This document shows positions 27,976 through 39,257 of a stretch of 64,000 bases of DNA, piece by piece (position 1 is the first letter of the stretch; each line of letters begins with the position of its first letter). A program made the translations under genes and the position numbers. Location of the stretch: the NCBI GenBank assembly GCA_041662585.1, contig JBAZSG010000003.1, positions 33,011 to 97,010 of the forward strand. Direction: 5' to 3'. Source of the stretch: Patescibacteria group bacterium (GTDB lineage: Bacteria > Patescibacteriota > Patescibacteriia > UBA1558 > GWA2-36-10). A model generated the notes under the pieces. The model was not told where the DNA came from. It worked only from the letters and a program-made list of their open reading frames with translations, and made no database searches.

Positions 27976-29145
27976 ATGAAAAAATTTGATGTCATAATGC
28001 TCAATATGTCCAATTATTCAGAATGGGATGAAGGCGTTTCAAATCGTAATTATCATATATTACGTGAACTTTTAAATAGAGAAGACATTGGTAAAATATT
28101 GGCAGTTGATTATTTGCCACTCAATTTTAAAAGAGCCTTGCGCAATTATAAAGAAGGTATAGTTTTGAATATCAAGGATGCCAAAGTAATAAAAAGGGGA
28201 TTGACGCATAAAGTATCTAAGATTTCTGACAAACTATATGTTTATACAGATACAGATTTTTGGTTGAGACCAAATAGTAGTATAAAGCGTATCAAGCGTA
28301 CGGCTATTGATCTAAATTTTGGGGATTTTGTATTATGGTCCTATTATCCTTTTGCTGCTCCTTATTGGGACAATATGGGACAGAAAATGACAATTTTTGA
28401 TGCTGTAGATAATTGGTTACTCCATTCTTCTTATGCTAAATATACAGACAAATTAAAATTTGCTTATGAAAAAATAAAAAATGAAACAGATCTCATTTTT
28501 GTAGTTTCAAAAAATCTTACCAATTTTTTTGATGATCAACCAAATGTTTATTGGATACCAAATGGTGTAGATATAAAGCATTATAATAAAAAGTTTTCTT
28601 TAATCAATAGAGATATTTCAGATATCAGCAAACCAATTATTGGTTATATTGGAGTTGTTCAAGAAAAAGTAGATTTTAATTTGCTTAGATATCTGTCAGA
28701 AAAAAATCCAGACAAATCTATTGTAGTTGTTGGGCCAGTTTGGGCAGAACAAGAAAAAGCCAAAGAAGAATTGAATCAACAAAAAAATGTATATTTTTTG
28801 GGTTATAAAAAATATGCTGAAGCTCCACAATACATTCAACAATTTGACGTGGGTATTATACCTCATAAAACAGCTGGATTTTCTGCCACTACCAATCCAA
28901 TGAAAATGTATGAATATTTAGCTTGTGGTAAGCCAGTGGTGGCTACAAATAATATTGGTACAGAAAATGTAGCCGATATGATATCTTTGGCCAAAGATTA
29001 TGAGAGTTTTAATACTTTAATTAATCAAGCTATATTAGATGATAGTATAGCTGCTCAAGAAAATAGAAAAGAATTAGTAAAAAAGTTTTCTTGGTTTAAT
29101 ACGGTTACTAAGATGTTGGAATTGATTTCCAACAAATTCAATTAA
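27976..29145 (+). CDS. GT-B glycosyltransferase (TuaH-like)
   Basis: IPNGVD, IGYIG, NPMKMYEYLACGKPVV. Confidence 0.85.
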   Translation: MKKFDVIMLNMSNYSEWDEGVSNRNYHILRELLNREDIGKILAVDYLPLNFKRALRNYKEGIVLNIKDAKVIKRGLTHKVSKISDKLYVYTDTDFWLRPNSSIKRIKRTAIDLNFGDFVLWSYYPFAAPYWDNMGQKMTIFDAVDNWLLHSSYAKYTDKLKFAYEKIKNETDLIFVVSKNLTNFFDDQPNVYWIPNGVDIKHYNKKFSLINRDISDISKPIIGYIGVVQEKVDFNLLRYLSEKNPDKSIVVVGPVWAEQEKAKEELNQQKNVYFLGYKKYAEAPQYIQQFDVGIIPHKTAGFSATTNPMKMYEYLACGKPVVATNNIGTENVADMISLAKDYESFNTLINQAILDDSIAAQENRKELVKKFSWFNTVTKMLELISNKFN

Positions 29146-29159
29146 TTTTTTATTTAAAA

Positions 29160-30029
29160 ATGGATAGACCAGACCTATCAGTTATTATTGTCAATTGGAA
29201 AGTTAAAAATTTATTACAAACTTGTATTAATTCTATTTTGGTTTACAAAGACAATTATAAGATAGAAATATTTGTGATAGACAACGACAGTGGTGATGGT
29301 AGTGTAGAGATGATAAATAAAAATTATCCAGAAGTAAAATTGATAGCTTTAGACAAAAATATTGGTTTTGGCGCGGCCAATAATTTGGCTATAAAACAAG
29401 CTAGAGCTGATTATATATTTTTATTAAATCCAGATACAGAACTTACTAAAGATTTTTTTACTAAAATATTTCAATATATTCAAAATAATCCAAATGTTGA
29501 TATTGTTGGTCCCAAAATCATAAATGATGATGGAAGTAAACAAGCTTCAGTAAGACGTAATCCGGATTTATTTTCTCAAATTTTGGTGTTATTAAAATTG
29601 ACAAACATAGCTGGCGCCAATAAATTTTTGGAGCATTATTTTTTTAAAGACTTTGATTATAGTCAGGAGCAAGATGTTGATCAGATTATGGGAGCAGCTA
29701 TGTTTATAAAAAGATCAGTTTTTAATAAAATAGCTGCTTTTGATGAAAATTTTTTTGTTTGGTTTGAAGAGGTAGATTTGTGTACTAGAGCTAAGGCATT
29801 TGGCTTAAATATAAGCTATTTTCCAGGTGCTTATATTATTCATCATGGGGGAGTGAGTTTTTCCAAAAGTAATATTTTGAAAAAACAAAAAATGTTTAAT
29901 AAGAGTCTGTTATATTATTTTTTTAAACACAAGCCTCTTTGGCAGACTATAATTATTTTATTATTACTTCCTATCAATATAATTTTGACACTGAGTTATG
30001 TCTTATTTCGCAAAGCAAAGACAAAATAA
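29160..30029 (+). CDS. glycosyltransferase family 2 (rhamnosyltransferase-like)
   Basis: SVIIVNW, DNDSGDGS, GFGAANN, LNPD, FEEVDLC. Confidence 0.9.
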   Translation: MDRPDLSVIIVNWKVKNLLQTCINSILVYKDNYKIEIFVIDNDSGDGSVEMINKNYPEVKLIALDKNIGFGAANNLAIKQARADYIFLLNPDTELTKDFFTKIFQYIQNNPNVDIVGPKIINDDGSKQASVRRNPDLFSQILVLLKLTNIAGANKFLEHYFFKDFDYSQEQDVDQIMGAAMFIKRSVFNKIAAFDENFFVWFEEVDLCTRAKAFGLNISYFPGAYIIHHGGVSFSKSNILKKQKMFNKSLLYYFFKHKPLWQTIIILLLLPINIILTLSYVLFRKAKTK

Positions 30030-31446
30030 TTTATTTTTTATATACTTGGGCATTTTTTTGCTTTTAGAATTTTTGTCTTGGCTAGCTTGGGGTTCACCAA
30101 ATATTTCTTGGATAATTTTAGTTATTATTTCTGTTTTTATATTGTTTTTATTGGTTAAAGATTCAAAATATTTATTATATATTCCTTTGGCAGAAATATT
30201 TTGGGGCTCACTTGGACATAGTTTTGAGTACAATATTTTTAACACTAGATTGGTTTTATTTTCTTTGGTAGTTTTGGTTTTTCTGATTAAAAATATTAGA
30301 CATTTTAATAAATTAAAAATATTAAAAGATAAAACCTTATTTTTTACTTATGTTTTTTTGTTATTTTTAATTTTGCTCGGTATAATAAATGGCTATTATA
30401 ATCAAGAGGATTTTAGAAAAGTTTTTTTAGATGCCAATGCTTATTTATATATTATATATTTACCTATTTGGTATCAAGTTTATGATAGTCAACAATTAAA
30501 AGATATTTTTGATATATTAAAAGCAGCTATTTTGCTAGTAGCTGTAAAAACCTTGATATTATTTAATATTTTTGCTCAAGATTATTCTTTTTTAAATATT
30601 GATAGTATATATCGATGGATTAGAGATACTAGGACAGGAGAAATAACAGCTTTCAAAGATTCCTTTTTTCGGATATTCATGCAATCTCAATTTTATTTAA
30701 TTTTAGCTTGGTTTTTATTATTTACCAAACAACTCAAAGATTTTAAGAATAAACATAATTTTTTATTAATTAGTTTTATTTCAGCAGCCTTGCTAGTTTC
30801 TTTATCTCGTAGTTTTTTCTTAGGAGTAGCTATGGGTTTATTATTTGTATTAGTAAATATATTTATTTATCAAAAACGATATATTTTTTTGTATGTATTT
30901 TTAAATTTAGTGGCAATAGGATTGGCTAGTATTTTGATAATTCAGATTTTTTATAATTTACCTACTTATAAAAATTTTAATATATTTACACAACGCAGCA
31001 TTGATAGTTCAGAAGCAGCCGCTAGCACACGTACACAGCTATGGGGACCAATGTGGCAGACAATAGCCCAGCGACCGATAGTTGGTCATGGATTTGGCAA
31101 AGAAATTAGTTATCAATCTTCAGACCCTCGGATTAAAAATATTAATAATCCAGATGGTTGGCATATTAGCTATGCTTTTGAATGGGGTTGGATGGATCAA
31201 TTGGTAAAAGGAGGGGGATTGTTGCTATTGATTTTTATTGTATGGATAATACAGATTTATCAACGGCTCTATGCCAAATTTTCAGAAGATCCTATACTTA
31301 GTTTGACTTTGGGAGCTACATTGACTAGTTTGCTAATTATTCATATATTTACACCATATATTAATCATCCTATAGGTTTGTCACTTTTGATGTTAATTAC
31401 TATAATTTTTGGACTTTATGCAAAAAAAACCAACAGTTACCATTAG
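29998..31446 (+). CDS. O-antigen ligase/Wzy-like membrane protein
   Basis: polytopic; SLSRS, R..LW...I..RPIVGHGFG. Confidence 0.75.
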   Translation: MSYFAKQRQNNLFFIYLGIFLLLEFLSWLAWGSPNISWIILVIISVFILFLLVKDSKYLLYIPLAEIFWGSLGHSFEYNIFNTRLVLFSLVVLVFLIKNIRHFNKLKILKDKTLFFTYVFLLFLILLGIINGYYNQEDFRKVFLDANAYLYIIYLPIWYQVYDSQQLKDIFDILKAAILLVAVKTLILFNIFAQDYSFLNIDSIYRWIRDTRTGEITAFKDSFFRIFMQSQFYLILAWFLLFTKQLKDFKNKHNFLLISFISAALLVSLSRSFFLGVAMGLLFVLVNIFIYQKRYIFLYVFLNLVAIGLASILIIQIFYNLPTYKNFNIFTQRSIDSSEAAASTRTQLWGPMWQTIAQRPIVGHGFGKEISYQSSDPRIKNINNPDGWHISYAFEWGWMDQLVKGGGLLLLIFIVWIIQIYQRLYAKFSEDPILSLTLGATLTSLLIIHIFTPYINHPIGLSLLMLITIIFGLYAKKTNSYH

Positions 31447-32416
31447 TTTGCTTACTTGGAATGGTCAAAAATACTTACCTTGGCTACTCAAAAGCCTTTC
31501 TGAACAATCTTTTGTAGATTGGGAACTTTTGGTATTGGATAATGCTTCTACTGATAATTCAGTAGAAGTGGTTAGAGAATATTATCCCAAAGCTAGAATT
31601 ATAGGTCAAAAACAAAATATTGGTTTTGCCAAGGGGCACAATCTACTAATAAATTGGTCAAACTCAGATTATGTTTTTGTTTTAAATCAAGATGTGATAT
31701 TAGAGACAAATTATTTGAGAGAGTTGGTAGATTTTTTGGAGGACCATAAAAATGCAGCTTCTTGTGCTGGAAAATTGATGTATTGGGATTTTGAAAATGG
31801 ACTTAAAACCAAAACAATTGATTCTTATGGATTAAAAATAAATAGAAAACGAGAAGTGATGGACAATCATCAAGGAGAAACAGAATTTAGTATAGACAAT
31901 AAAGAGGTGTTTGGTTTGTCTGCCACAGCTACTTTGTATAGACGCAGGGCACTGGATATTGTAGCTGGGCAACCAAAAGAAAATCATTTGGAGTATTTTG
32001 ATGAAGATTTTTTTGCTTATAAAGAGGATATAGATTTGGCTTGGAGGCTTAGACTTTTTGGTTGGGAAAATTGGCTGGTCACTACCACCAAAGCATACCA
32101 TGATCGTAGTATAGCCAAAGGTAAAGATCTTAAAGAATCTCGTAAGCACAGAGGATTGGCCAACAAATTTTCTTATCGCAATCATTTTATGTTGCTTTAT
32201 AAAAATTCTTTTTATAAAAATTTATTTAGAGATTTTTTTGCTATTAAGTGGTATGAAATTAAAAAATTTTTATATTTACTTATTTTTGAAAGAAGTACAT
32301 TAGTAGGGATAAAAGAATATTTTTTAAATATCCCAAAGCTATATAAAAAAAGAAAATATACTATGAAACATAGAAAAATAAATGCTGATGATATATACAA
32401 ATGGTTTAAAAAATAA
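31418..32416 (+). CDS. glycosyltransferase family 2
   Basis: DNASTDNS, GFAKGHN, LNQD, YKEDIDLAWR; start moved to ATG 31418. Confidence 0.9.
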   Translation: MQKKPTVTISLLTWNGQKYLPWLLKSLSEQSFVDWELLVLDNASTDNSVEVVREYYPKARIIGQKQNIGFAKGHNLLINWSNSDYVFVLNQDVILETNYLRELVDFLEDHKNAASCAGKLMYWDFENGLKTKTIDSYGLKINRKREVMDNHQGETEFSIDNKEVFGLSATATLYRRRALDIVAGQPKENHLEYFDEDFFAYKEDIDLAWRLRLFGWENWLVTTTKAYHDRSIAKGKDLKESRKHRGLANKFSYRNHFMLLYKNSFYKNLFRDFFAIKWYEIKKFLYLLIFERSTLVGIKEYFLNIPKLYKKRKYTMKHRKINADDIYKWFKK

Positions 32417-32417
32417 T

Positions 32418-33224
32418 ATGGATTTATCAATTGTAATTTTAAATTATAAAACAAAAAATTTGGCCAAAGAATTATTAAAAAATTTGGCGGAATTAAATTT
32501 GCCATATCAGCATGAGATTATCGTAGTAGATAATGCATCTTATGATGGTCTCAAGGAAATAGTAACTGAAAAATTTCCACAAGTGAAGTTTGTTCAAAGT
32601 GACAAAAATGGTGGTTTTGCAGCTGGTAATAATATTGGCATAAGATTGGCCATGGGCAAATATATTATGATAATGAATCCAGATTTGGCCGTTTTATCAA
32701 AGGCCATACCGATTCTTTATGATTATATGGAAGTCAATCCTAGTGTTGGTTTGGCTGGTCCAAGACTTATAAATGCTGATAAGAGTGTGCAAGCGTCTTG
32801 TACAAATTGGCCAGATTGGAAATTGCCTTTTTATAGACGTACATCACTTGGCAATACCAAGGCTGGACAAAAATGGTTGGATAAATACACAATGAAAGAA
32901 CTAGATCATTACAAAAATAGCTATGTACCAACTTTGTTTGGTGCTTGTCTTATTTTTAGAAAAGCAGCAATAGAAAAAGTAGGCTTATTGGATGAAAGGT
33001 ATTTTATGTATTTTGAAGATTTGGATTGGTCTAGGCGTTTTTGGGAAAACGGCTTTAAGGTGTCTTATGTTGGTCAAGCTGAGATAATTCATTTGCATCG
33101 TCGTCAATCAGCCGCTGAAAACATTATGAAATCTTTATTGGATAGAACAGCCCGTTTTCATATTATTAGTTTTATTAAGTATTTATTAAAATTTAGAGGC
33201 AAAAAATTGCCAGAGATTAAATAG
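32418..33224 (+). CDS. glycosyltransferase family 2
   Basis: MDLSIVILNY, DNAS, GFAAGNN, MNPD, YFEDLDW; start moved to ATG 32418. Confidence 0.9.
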   Translation: MDLSIVILNYKTKNLAKELLKNLAELNLPYQHEIIVVDNASYDGLKEIVTEKFPQVKFVQSDKNGGFAAGNNIGIRLAMGKYIMIMNPDLAVLSKAIPILYDYMEVNPSVGLAGPRLINADKSVQASCTNWPDWKLPFYRRTSLGNTKAGQKWLDKYTMKELDHYKNSYVPTLFGACLIFRKAAIEKVGLLDERYFMYFEDLDWSRRFWENGFKVSYVGQAEIIHLHRRQSAAENIMKSLLDRTARFHIISFIKYLLKFRGKKLPEIK

Positions 33225-33295
33225 CTTTTACCTTGATTTTTAAGCTATTTTCTTGTATTATTATTTTATTAACGATATAAAAAAATTTTAAATTT

Positions 33296-34795
33296 ATGCT
33301 CAAAAAACCAAGTAAAGAGCCAGCAATAAATGATGAATATGGGCAGAGATTAGCCAAATTAGATAGTCTAAAACAAGCCAAAATAGAGCCTTATCCAGCC
33401 AGAAGCAAAAAAAATATTAGCGTGGCTGATTTTTTGAAAAATTTTGTTAAATTATTGAGCAGTAAGAAGCCAGTCATTAGCGCAGGCAGGATTACAAGTT
33501 TGCGTTTGCAAGGTGGATCTTGTTTTTTAAATTTAGAAGATTATTCTGGTAAGCTCCAAGTATTTTTGAGACGCGATGGTCTAGGAGAAAAAGATTATCA
33601 AATATTTAAAGACAATATTGATACCGGTGATTTTATAGAAGTGAGTGGTAGTGCTTTTGAAACCAAAACCAAAGAGCCAACTATCTTGGCTGATAGTTTT
33701 GAGATTTTATCTAAAACTTTATTACCTTTACCAGATCAATATTATGGACTTAAAGATCCTGATCTTAGATTTAGAAAAAGATATTTAGATTTATTGATTA
33801 ACCCCAAAGTAAAAGATACTTTTAAATTGCGTAGTGATATTATTAAACTGAGTCGTCAGTATTTTGATGATTATGGTTTTATAGAAGTAGATACGCCAGT
33901 ATTACAAGCTGTAGCTGGAGGAGCCACTGCTCAACCATTTATCACTCATCATAATGCATTGGATATTGATATGTATCTTCGAGTAGCTCCAGAGCTTTAT
34001 CTCAAACGTTTGATAGTTGGTGGTTATGATAAAGTTTATGAGATAGCCAGGTGTTTTAGAAACGAAGGTATAGATCATCAACATAATCCCGAATTTACGC
34101 AAATTGAAGCTTATTGGGCCTACAAGGATTATACATTTTTGATGGAATGGGTAGAAAAATATTTTGAATTTTTAGTTAAGAGTCTAAACAATGGAAATAC
34201 CAAAATAAAAAATGCTAAAGATGTTATTGATTTTAAAACTCCTTATAAGCGTCTTGATTTTAAAGAGGCATTAGATAAAGCTTTAAAAATTGATCTTGAT
34301 AAAACAAGTGATAATGAATTATTTAATATTGCTAAAAAATCAAAATTAAATCCTGATAAAACTTGGGGTAGAGGTAAGCTTTTGGATGAGCTATATAAAA
34401 AATTTGTAAGGTCTAAATTAATTCAGCCTACTTTTATAATCAATCATCCTTTGGAATTGTCACCACTATCCAAAAAAATACCAAATAGACCAAATTATGT
34501 AGAAAGATTTCAATTGGTCGTGAAAACAGCTGAAATGTGCAATGCCTTTTCTGAGCTCAATGATCCATTGGATCAAGAAGAGCGTTTTAGAGAACAAAAG
34601 AAACTTCGTGATGCTGGCGATGAAGAAGCTCAAGGAGCAGACGCTGATTTTGTCGAAGCTCTTAAACACGGCATGCCGCCGACAGTTGGTTTAGGTGTCG
34701 GTATTGATAGATTAGTAATGATGCTTGGTGATATAGAAAATATCAAAGAAGTTATTTTATTTCCTACCATGCGACCAAAAAATGAAGATAAATAA
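33296..34795 (+). CDS. lysS: lysyl-tRNA synthetase (class II)
   Basis: GGATAQPF, LRVAPELYLKRL, FRNEG, HNPEFT, GMPP. Confidence 0.97.
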   Translation: MLKKPSKEPAINDEYGQRLAKLDSLKQAKIEPYPARSKKNISVADFLKNFVKLLSSKKPVISAGRITSLRLQGGSCFLNLEDYSGKLQVFLRRDGLGEKDYQIFKDNIDTGDFIEVSGSAFETKTKEPTILADSFEILSKTLLPLPDQYYGLKDPDLRFRKRYLDLLINPKVKDTFKLRSDIIKLSRQYFDDYGFIEVDTPVLQAVAGGATAQPFITHHNALDIDMYLRVAPELYLKRLIVGGYDKVYEIARCFRNEGIDHQHNPEFTQIEAYWAYKDYTFLMEWVEKYFEFLVKSLNNGNTKIKNAKDVIDFKTPYKRLDFKEALDKALKIDLDKTSDNELFNIAKKSKLNPDKTWGRGKLLDELYKKFVRSKLIQPTFIINHPLELSPLSKKIPNRPNYVERFQLVVKTAEMCNAFSELNDPLDQEERFREQKKLRDAGDEEAQGADADFVEALKHGMPPTVGLGVGIDRLVMMLGDIENIKEVILFPTMRPKNEDK

Positions 34796-35378
34796 ATTAT
34801 TGATTGCTACTCACAACCCTGGTAAGTTTGTAGAGATGAAAAGACAATTAAAAATCTTGGGTATAGAAGTATTGTCTTTAGATGATTTGAATATAAAAGA
34901 AGATTTTGAAGAAACAGCCAATACATATGAAGAAAACGCTCTAGGCAAAGCTAAATTTTATTATAATATTACTAAAATTCCCACCTTAGCAGATGATTCA
35001 GGCTTGTCAGTAGATGCTTTGGATGGTGCTCCAGGTATAAATTCACGTTCGTGGCCAGGTTATCGAGGTAGTGATGAAGAGCTGTTAAAAATGTTACTTG
35101 ATAAATTAAAAAATGTACCAAAAGAAAAAAGAACAGCCAAATTTATTAGTGTTATAGTATTATATAATGGTCAAGAAACATTGATTAGTAGAGGAGAGGA
35201 GCCAGGTATTATTGCTGAAAAACAAATTTCTAAACTAGAAAAAGGCTTGCCCTATAGTGCTGTTTTTTATCCAAGAGGTTATAATAAAGTTTTTTCAGAA
35301 TTAACTATTGATGAAAAAAATGCTATTAGTCATCGAGGCAGAGCACTAGATCAAATAATTAAACAAATTAAACAATAA
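34782..35378 (+). CDS. rdgB: non-canonical purine NTP pyrophosphatase (HAM1 family)
   Basis: [28 protein letters not shown]. Confidence 0.93.
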   Translation: MKINKLLIATHNPGKFVEMKRQLKILGIEVLSLDDLNIKEDFEETANTYEENALGKAKFYYNITKIPTLADDSGLSVDALDGAPGINSRSWPGYRGSDEELLKMLLDKLKNVPKEKRTAKFISVIVLYNGQETLISRGEEPGIIAEKQISKLEKGLPYSAVFYPRGYNKVFSELTIDEKNAISHRGRALDQIIKQIKQ

Positions 35379-35379
35379 T

Positions 35380-35949
35380 ATGGATAAAAAAAATCTTTTA
35401 ATCATGACTGGAGTAATTTTTGTGGCTCTAGTATTGATGCTGATTTTTCCAGCCAATAAAATTACTATGGAAGAAGCAATAATTAAAACAAATAAAGGGG
35501 ATATAAAAGTAGCTTTATATTATGATAAAACACCTATTACTGTAGAAAATTTTGTAAAGTTAGCTCAAGAAGGTTTTTATGATGATATAAAATTTCATAG
35601 AGTCATTGAAAATTTTATGATCCAAACAGGAGATCCACAAGCCAAAGGCGAAGAGGGTAAGGATTTTGTTTATGTACCAAATGGTAGCGCTTTGCCAATA
35701 GCCGGCACAGGTGGACCAGGTTATACTTTTCAAGATGAATTTCACCCCAATTTAAGACACAATATAACTGGTACTTTATCCATGGCCAACTCTGGTCCCA
35801 ATACAAATGGATCACAATTTTTTATAACCCATGTACCGACTCCATGGCTCGATGATAAGCATACGGTTTTTGGTAGAGTATTAGAAGGACAAGATGTTGT
35901 AAATTCTATAGTACAAGGTGATTATATAAAAAAAATAGTAATAAAATAA
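35380..35949 (+). CDS. cyclophilin-type peptidyl-prolyl isomerase with N-terminal anchor
   Basis: [37 protein letters not shown]. Confidence 0.95.
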   Translation: MDKKNLLIMTGVIFVALVLMLIFPANKITMEEAIIKTNKGDIKVALYYDKTPITVENFVKLAQEGFYDDIKFHRVIENFMIQTGDPQAKGEEGKDFVYVPNGSALPIAGTGGPGYTFQDEFHPNLRHNITGTLSMANSGPNTNGSQFFITHVPTPWLDDKHTVFGRVLEGQDVVNSIVQGDYIKKIVIK

Positions 35950-35950
35950 T

Positions 35951-37189
35951 ATGTTAGATATTAATTTGATTATAGAAGAGACAGATAAGATTAAAGAGTC
36001 TTTGGCCAAACGAGGTTTTAAGGCTGATTTTAAGAAAATAATAAAATTAGATAATCTTCGCAAAAAGCTCATTAACAAAAACGAAGATTTAAAAGCCGAG
36101 CGAAATAAATTTTCAAAATCTAAGCCAGATGCACAGACTATAAAGAGAATGAAAGCTTTGGGTACAGAGATCAAAGATTCTGATATCAATTTGTCTAAAA
36201 TCCAAGCAGATTTGGAAAAAGAGTTGGCTGCTTTACCAAATATTGTAGCTGACGATGTTGTAGCTGGCGATAAAGAAAACAATAAAATTATAAAGACTTT
36301 TAAAACCCAAATAAAATTTGGTTTTAAAATTAAAAATCATGTAGATTTGGCTACTGATTTAGCTTTGATTGATTATGAGCGAGCAGCAAAAATGTCTGGA
36401 GCTGGTTTTTGGGTTTATACTGGCCAAGGAGCATTACTAGAGTGGGCTTTGCTTCAATATTTTGTTGATTATCATCGGCAAAATAATTATACTTTTATAA
36501 TTCCACCTTTTTTGCTTACGGAAAAATCAGCTTATACTTCTGGTCATTTACCAAAATTTAGAGATGATCTTTTTTGGACTCAGGACAAGCTTTGTTTAAA
36601 TGCGACTAGCGAAATGATGCTTGGCAATTATCATCGTGATGAAATATTAAACAGCAAAACCTTGCCATTGAAATATTATGCATTTTCTACTTGCTTTCGT
36701 AGAGAAGCTGGTTCATATAGAGCAGAAGAGAGAGGTATGATTCGTGGACATCAATTCAACAAAATTGAAATGTTTCAATTTACTAAGCCAGAAAATTCTT
36801 GGGCTGCTTTTGACGAATTACTTGCTCACGCTCAAGCATTGGTTGAAGGCTTAGATTTACATTACAATACTGTACAACTAGCTGCTGGTGATTGTAGTGC
36901 TGCTATGGCCAAAACAGTAGATATAGAAGTGTGGATTCCATCTATGAATGGCTACAAAGAAGTATCTTCTGTTTCCAATGCTCTAGATTATCAAGCAAGA
37001 CGTGGAAATATAAAATTTAAACATGAAAGTGGGGATAACAAATTTGTACATACTTTAAATGCATCAGGATTGGCTACTAGTCGTATTTTGCCAGCAATAC
37101 TAGAACAAAATCAACAAGCTGATGGTTCGGTAAGAATACCAAAAGTATTACAAAAGTATATGGGTAATAAAGAATTTTTAGGAAAATAA
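35951..37189 (+). CDS. serS: seryl-tRNA synthetase
   Basis: ATSE, CFRREAG, HQFNKIE, HTLNASGLA. Confidence 0.96.
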   Translation: MLDINLIIEETDKIKESLAKRGFKADFKKIIKLDNLRKKLINKNEDLKAERNKFSKSKPDAQTIKRMKALGTEIKDSDINLSKIQADLEKELAALPNIVADDVVAGDKENNKIIKTFKTQIKFGFKIKNHVDLATDLALIDYERAAKMSGAGFWVYTGQGALLEWALLQYFVDYHRQNNYTFIIPPFLLTEKSAYTSGHLPKFRDDLFWTQDKLCLNATSEMMLGNYHRDEILNSKTLPLKYYAFSTCFRREAGSYRAEERGMIRGHQFNKIEMFQFTKPENSWAAFDELLAHAQALVEGLDLHYNTVQLAAGDCSAAMAKTVDIEVWIPSMNGYKEVSSVSNALDYQARRGNIKFKHESGDNKFVHTLNASGLATSRILPAILEQNQQADGSVRIPKVLQKYMGNKEFLGK

Positions 37190-38290
37190 ATGGCACTAAC
37201 TTGGATTGAAATAAACAAAAAAGATATTCTACACAATATTAGGCAGTTCAAAAATTTGGCGCCTAATTCTGAATTTTGGCCAGTAGTCAAAAGTAATGCC
37301 TATGGGCATGGTAGTAAAGAAATAGTTACTTTTCTTAAAGATAATGAAGATGTAGCTGGTTTTATGGTGGCTAGTTTAGAGGAAGCTCTAGAAATAAAAT
37401 CTTTGACAAAAAAGTTAATTATAGTACTTTCTTATTTTGATAGAGAAGACACAAAGTCGCTAGAAAAAGTAGATAAGCAAATTTCTTTGCCAATTTATGA
37501 TTTAGAAACTATTGATTATTTAGCAGCTTTCAATAAAAGTTTTTTATTGAATATAAAGATTGACACTGGCACAGCTCGTCTTGGTTTTGCAGTAGAGGAT
37601 TTGCCACTGGCGGTAGACAAAATTGAAAATACCAAGAATTTAAAAATATTTAGTATTTTTACGCATTATGCTGAATCTGAATCAGAAGATCAAAATTTTA
37701 GCAAACAGCAATTAGCTATTTTTAATAAAGCGACTAAAGATTATAAACAATATAAACTTCATAGTGCTTGTAGTGCAGCAACAATAGCTTTGCCAGAAGC
37801 ACAGAGCAATATTATAAGGATTGGCTTGTCTTTTTATGGTTTGTGGCCAAGCGAAGCTACCAAAAGACGAGCTTGGATGTCCAAAATGTGTTTACAGCCA
37901 TTATTGACTTGGAAAACAAAAGTAATTCAAATTAAGCAACTTAAAAAAGGAGCTAGCATAGGTTATAATAGGACTTATAAGTGCGTTAAAGATTGTAAAA
38001 TAGCCGTTTTGCCAATTGGTTATAATGAAGGCTATGGAAGATTACTTTCCAATAGTGGAGAAGTATTGATAAAAGGACAGAGATGTCCAATACGTGGAAA
38101 TATTTGTATGAATCTTAGTATGGTAGAAATTCCAGATGACCTGGATATACAAATAGGGGAGATAGTGACACTCATAGGCACAGATAGTGGTCAAAATATA
38201 AGCGTAGATGATATAGCAAAAAAATGTCAGACTATCAATTATGAAATAGTAACCAAAATAAAACATAGTTTACCAAGGGTACTTGTTTAA
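37190..38290 (+). CDS. alr: alanine racemase
   Basis: VVKSNAYGHG, KIDTG..RLG, PIGYNEG, GNICMN. Confidence 0.94.
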   Translation: MALTWIEINKKDILHNIRQFKNLAPNSEFWPVVKSNAYGHGSKEIVTFLKDNEDVAGFMVASLEEALEIKSLTKKLIIVLSYFDREDTKSLEKVDKQISLPIYDLETIDYLAAFNKSFLLNIKIDTGTARLGFAVEDLPLAVDKIENTKNLKIFSIFTHYAESESEDQNFSKQQLAIFNKATKDYKQYKLHSACSAATIALPEAQSNIIRIGLSFYGLWPSEATKRRAWMSKMCLQPLLTWKTKVIQIKQLKKGASIGYNRTYKCVKDCKIAVLPIGYNEGYGRLLSNSGEVLIKGQRCPIRGNICMNLSMVEIPDDLDIQIGEIVTLIGTDSGQNISVDDIAKKCQTINYEIVTKIKHSLPRVLV

Positions 38291-38339
38291 TATTCAATGT
38301 TTTACGACACATAATATATCGACTTATTTAGAGTAGAGT

Positions 38340-39164
38340 ATGGCAGCCTTAATCAAAACAACCAAAACATGGAAAAGACATTTTCCACAAAAACCCCAAA
38401 AGGTCAAAAGGGGTTATTATGGTAAGCAAAAAAGTATCCAGAAGAAAACAATTATTAGAATTATTTTTATAATTTTTATTTTATTATTATTACAAAGTAT
38501 TTTTCAAATAAACTATTTTAAAATAACTAAGATAAATTTGAGTGGTCAAAAAGACCTCAATGTTGAAGAAGTACAAGAATTTGTATTAAATGAACTTACA
38601 GTCAATAAATATATATTTTTTGAAGCTAGTAATTATTTTTTGGCACCTGTAGATGATATAAATTTTAAATTAATTAATAAATACAACTTAGATTCAGTCA
38701 GTATAGAAAAAAAATGGCCAGCTGTATTAAATATTAGCGTCAAAGAAAAAAGTTCACACTTTATTTGGAAGAAAGATGACTCAATATACCTACTTAACGC
38801 TAAAGGGCTCTTAAATCGCCAAATCAGCATTTTGGACGATAAATACTTGGTTTTAGACGATAGGCGTGAGCAAAGACCAGAAGGTGAACAAATTTTTAAT
38901 GAAGAAGAGATAGACATCATAAATCAAATATATTTAAATTGGATTGACCTGATAAGTACTAGGTCCAAATTGGAACGCATTACTATTTACAATGATTGGG
39001 TTATTGAATTGAATACGCAAACTGGTTTTTATGTAAAGATAGATAAAGATCAGGATATCAGGGAACAGCTAAATAATCTAAAGACAGTACTAGAAGAAAA
39101 TATAACCGGAGTAGATATTGATTATATTGATATTAGATTTGGGGATAAGGTCTATTTTAAGTAA
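38340..39164 (+). CDS. ftsQ: FtsQ/DivIB-like cell division protein
   Basis: single TM, POTRA-like region ending KKWPAVLNISVKE, C-terminal YIDIRFGDKVY. Confidence 0.75.
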   Translation: MAALIKTTKTWKRHFPQKPQKVKRGYYGKQKSIQKKTIIRIIFIIFILLLLQSIFQINYFKITKINLSGQKDLNVEEVQEFVLNELTVNKYIFFEASNYFLAPVDDINFKLINKYNLDSVSIEKKWPAVLNISVKEKSSHFIWKKDDSIYLLNAKGLLNRQISILDDKYLVLDDRREQRPEGEQIFNEEEIDIINQIYLNWIDLISTRSKLERITIYNDWVIELNTQTGFYVKIDKDQDIREQLNNLKTVLEENITGVDIDYIDIRFGDKVYFK

Positions 39165-39213
39165 TAGATATTAATATTTGACATATGTGTGGTTATTATA
39201 TAGACTTAATAAA

Positions 39214-39241
39214 GGTTCGCATAATATAGGTTAAGCGAAGT
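39214..39241. other. dif-like recombination site
   Basis: GGTTCGCATAA-TATAGG-TTAAGCGAAGT, an 11-6-11 imperfect palindrome just upstream of a Xer gene. Confidence 0.7.
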
Positions 39242-39257
39242 AATAATATATATAACA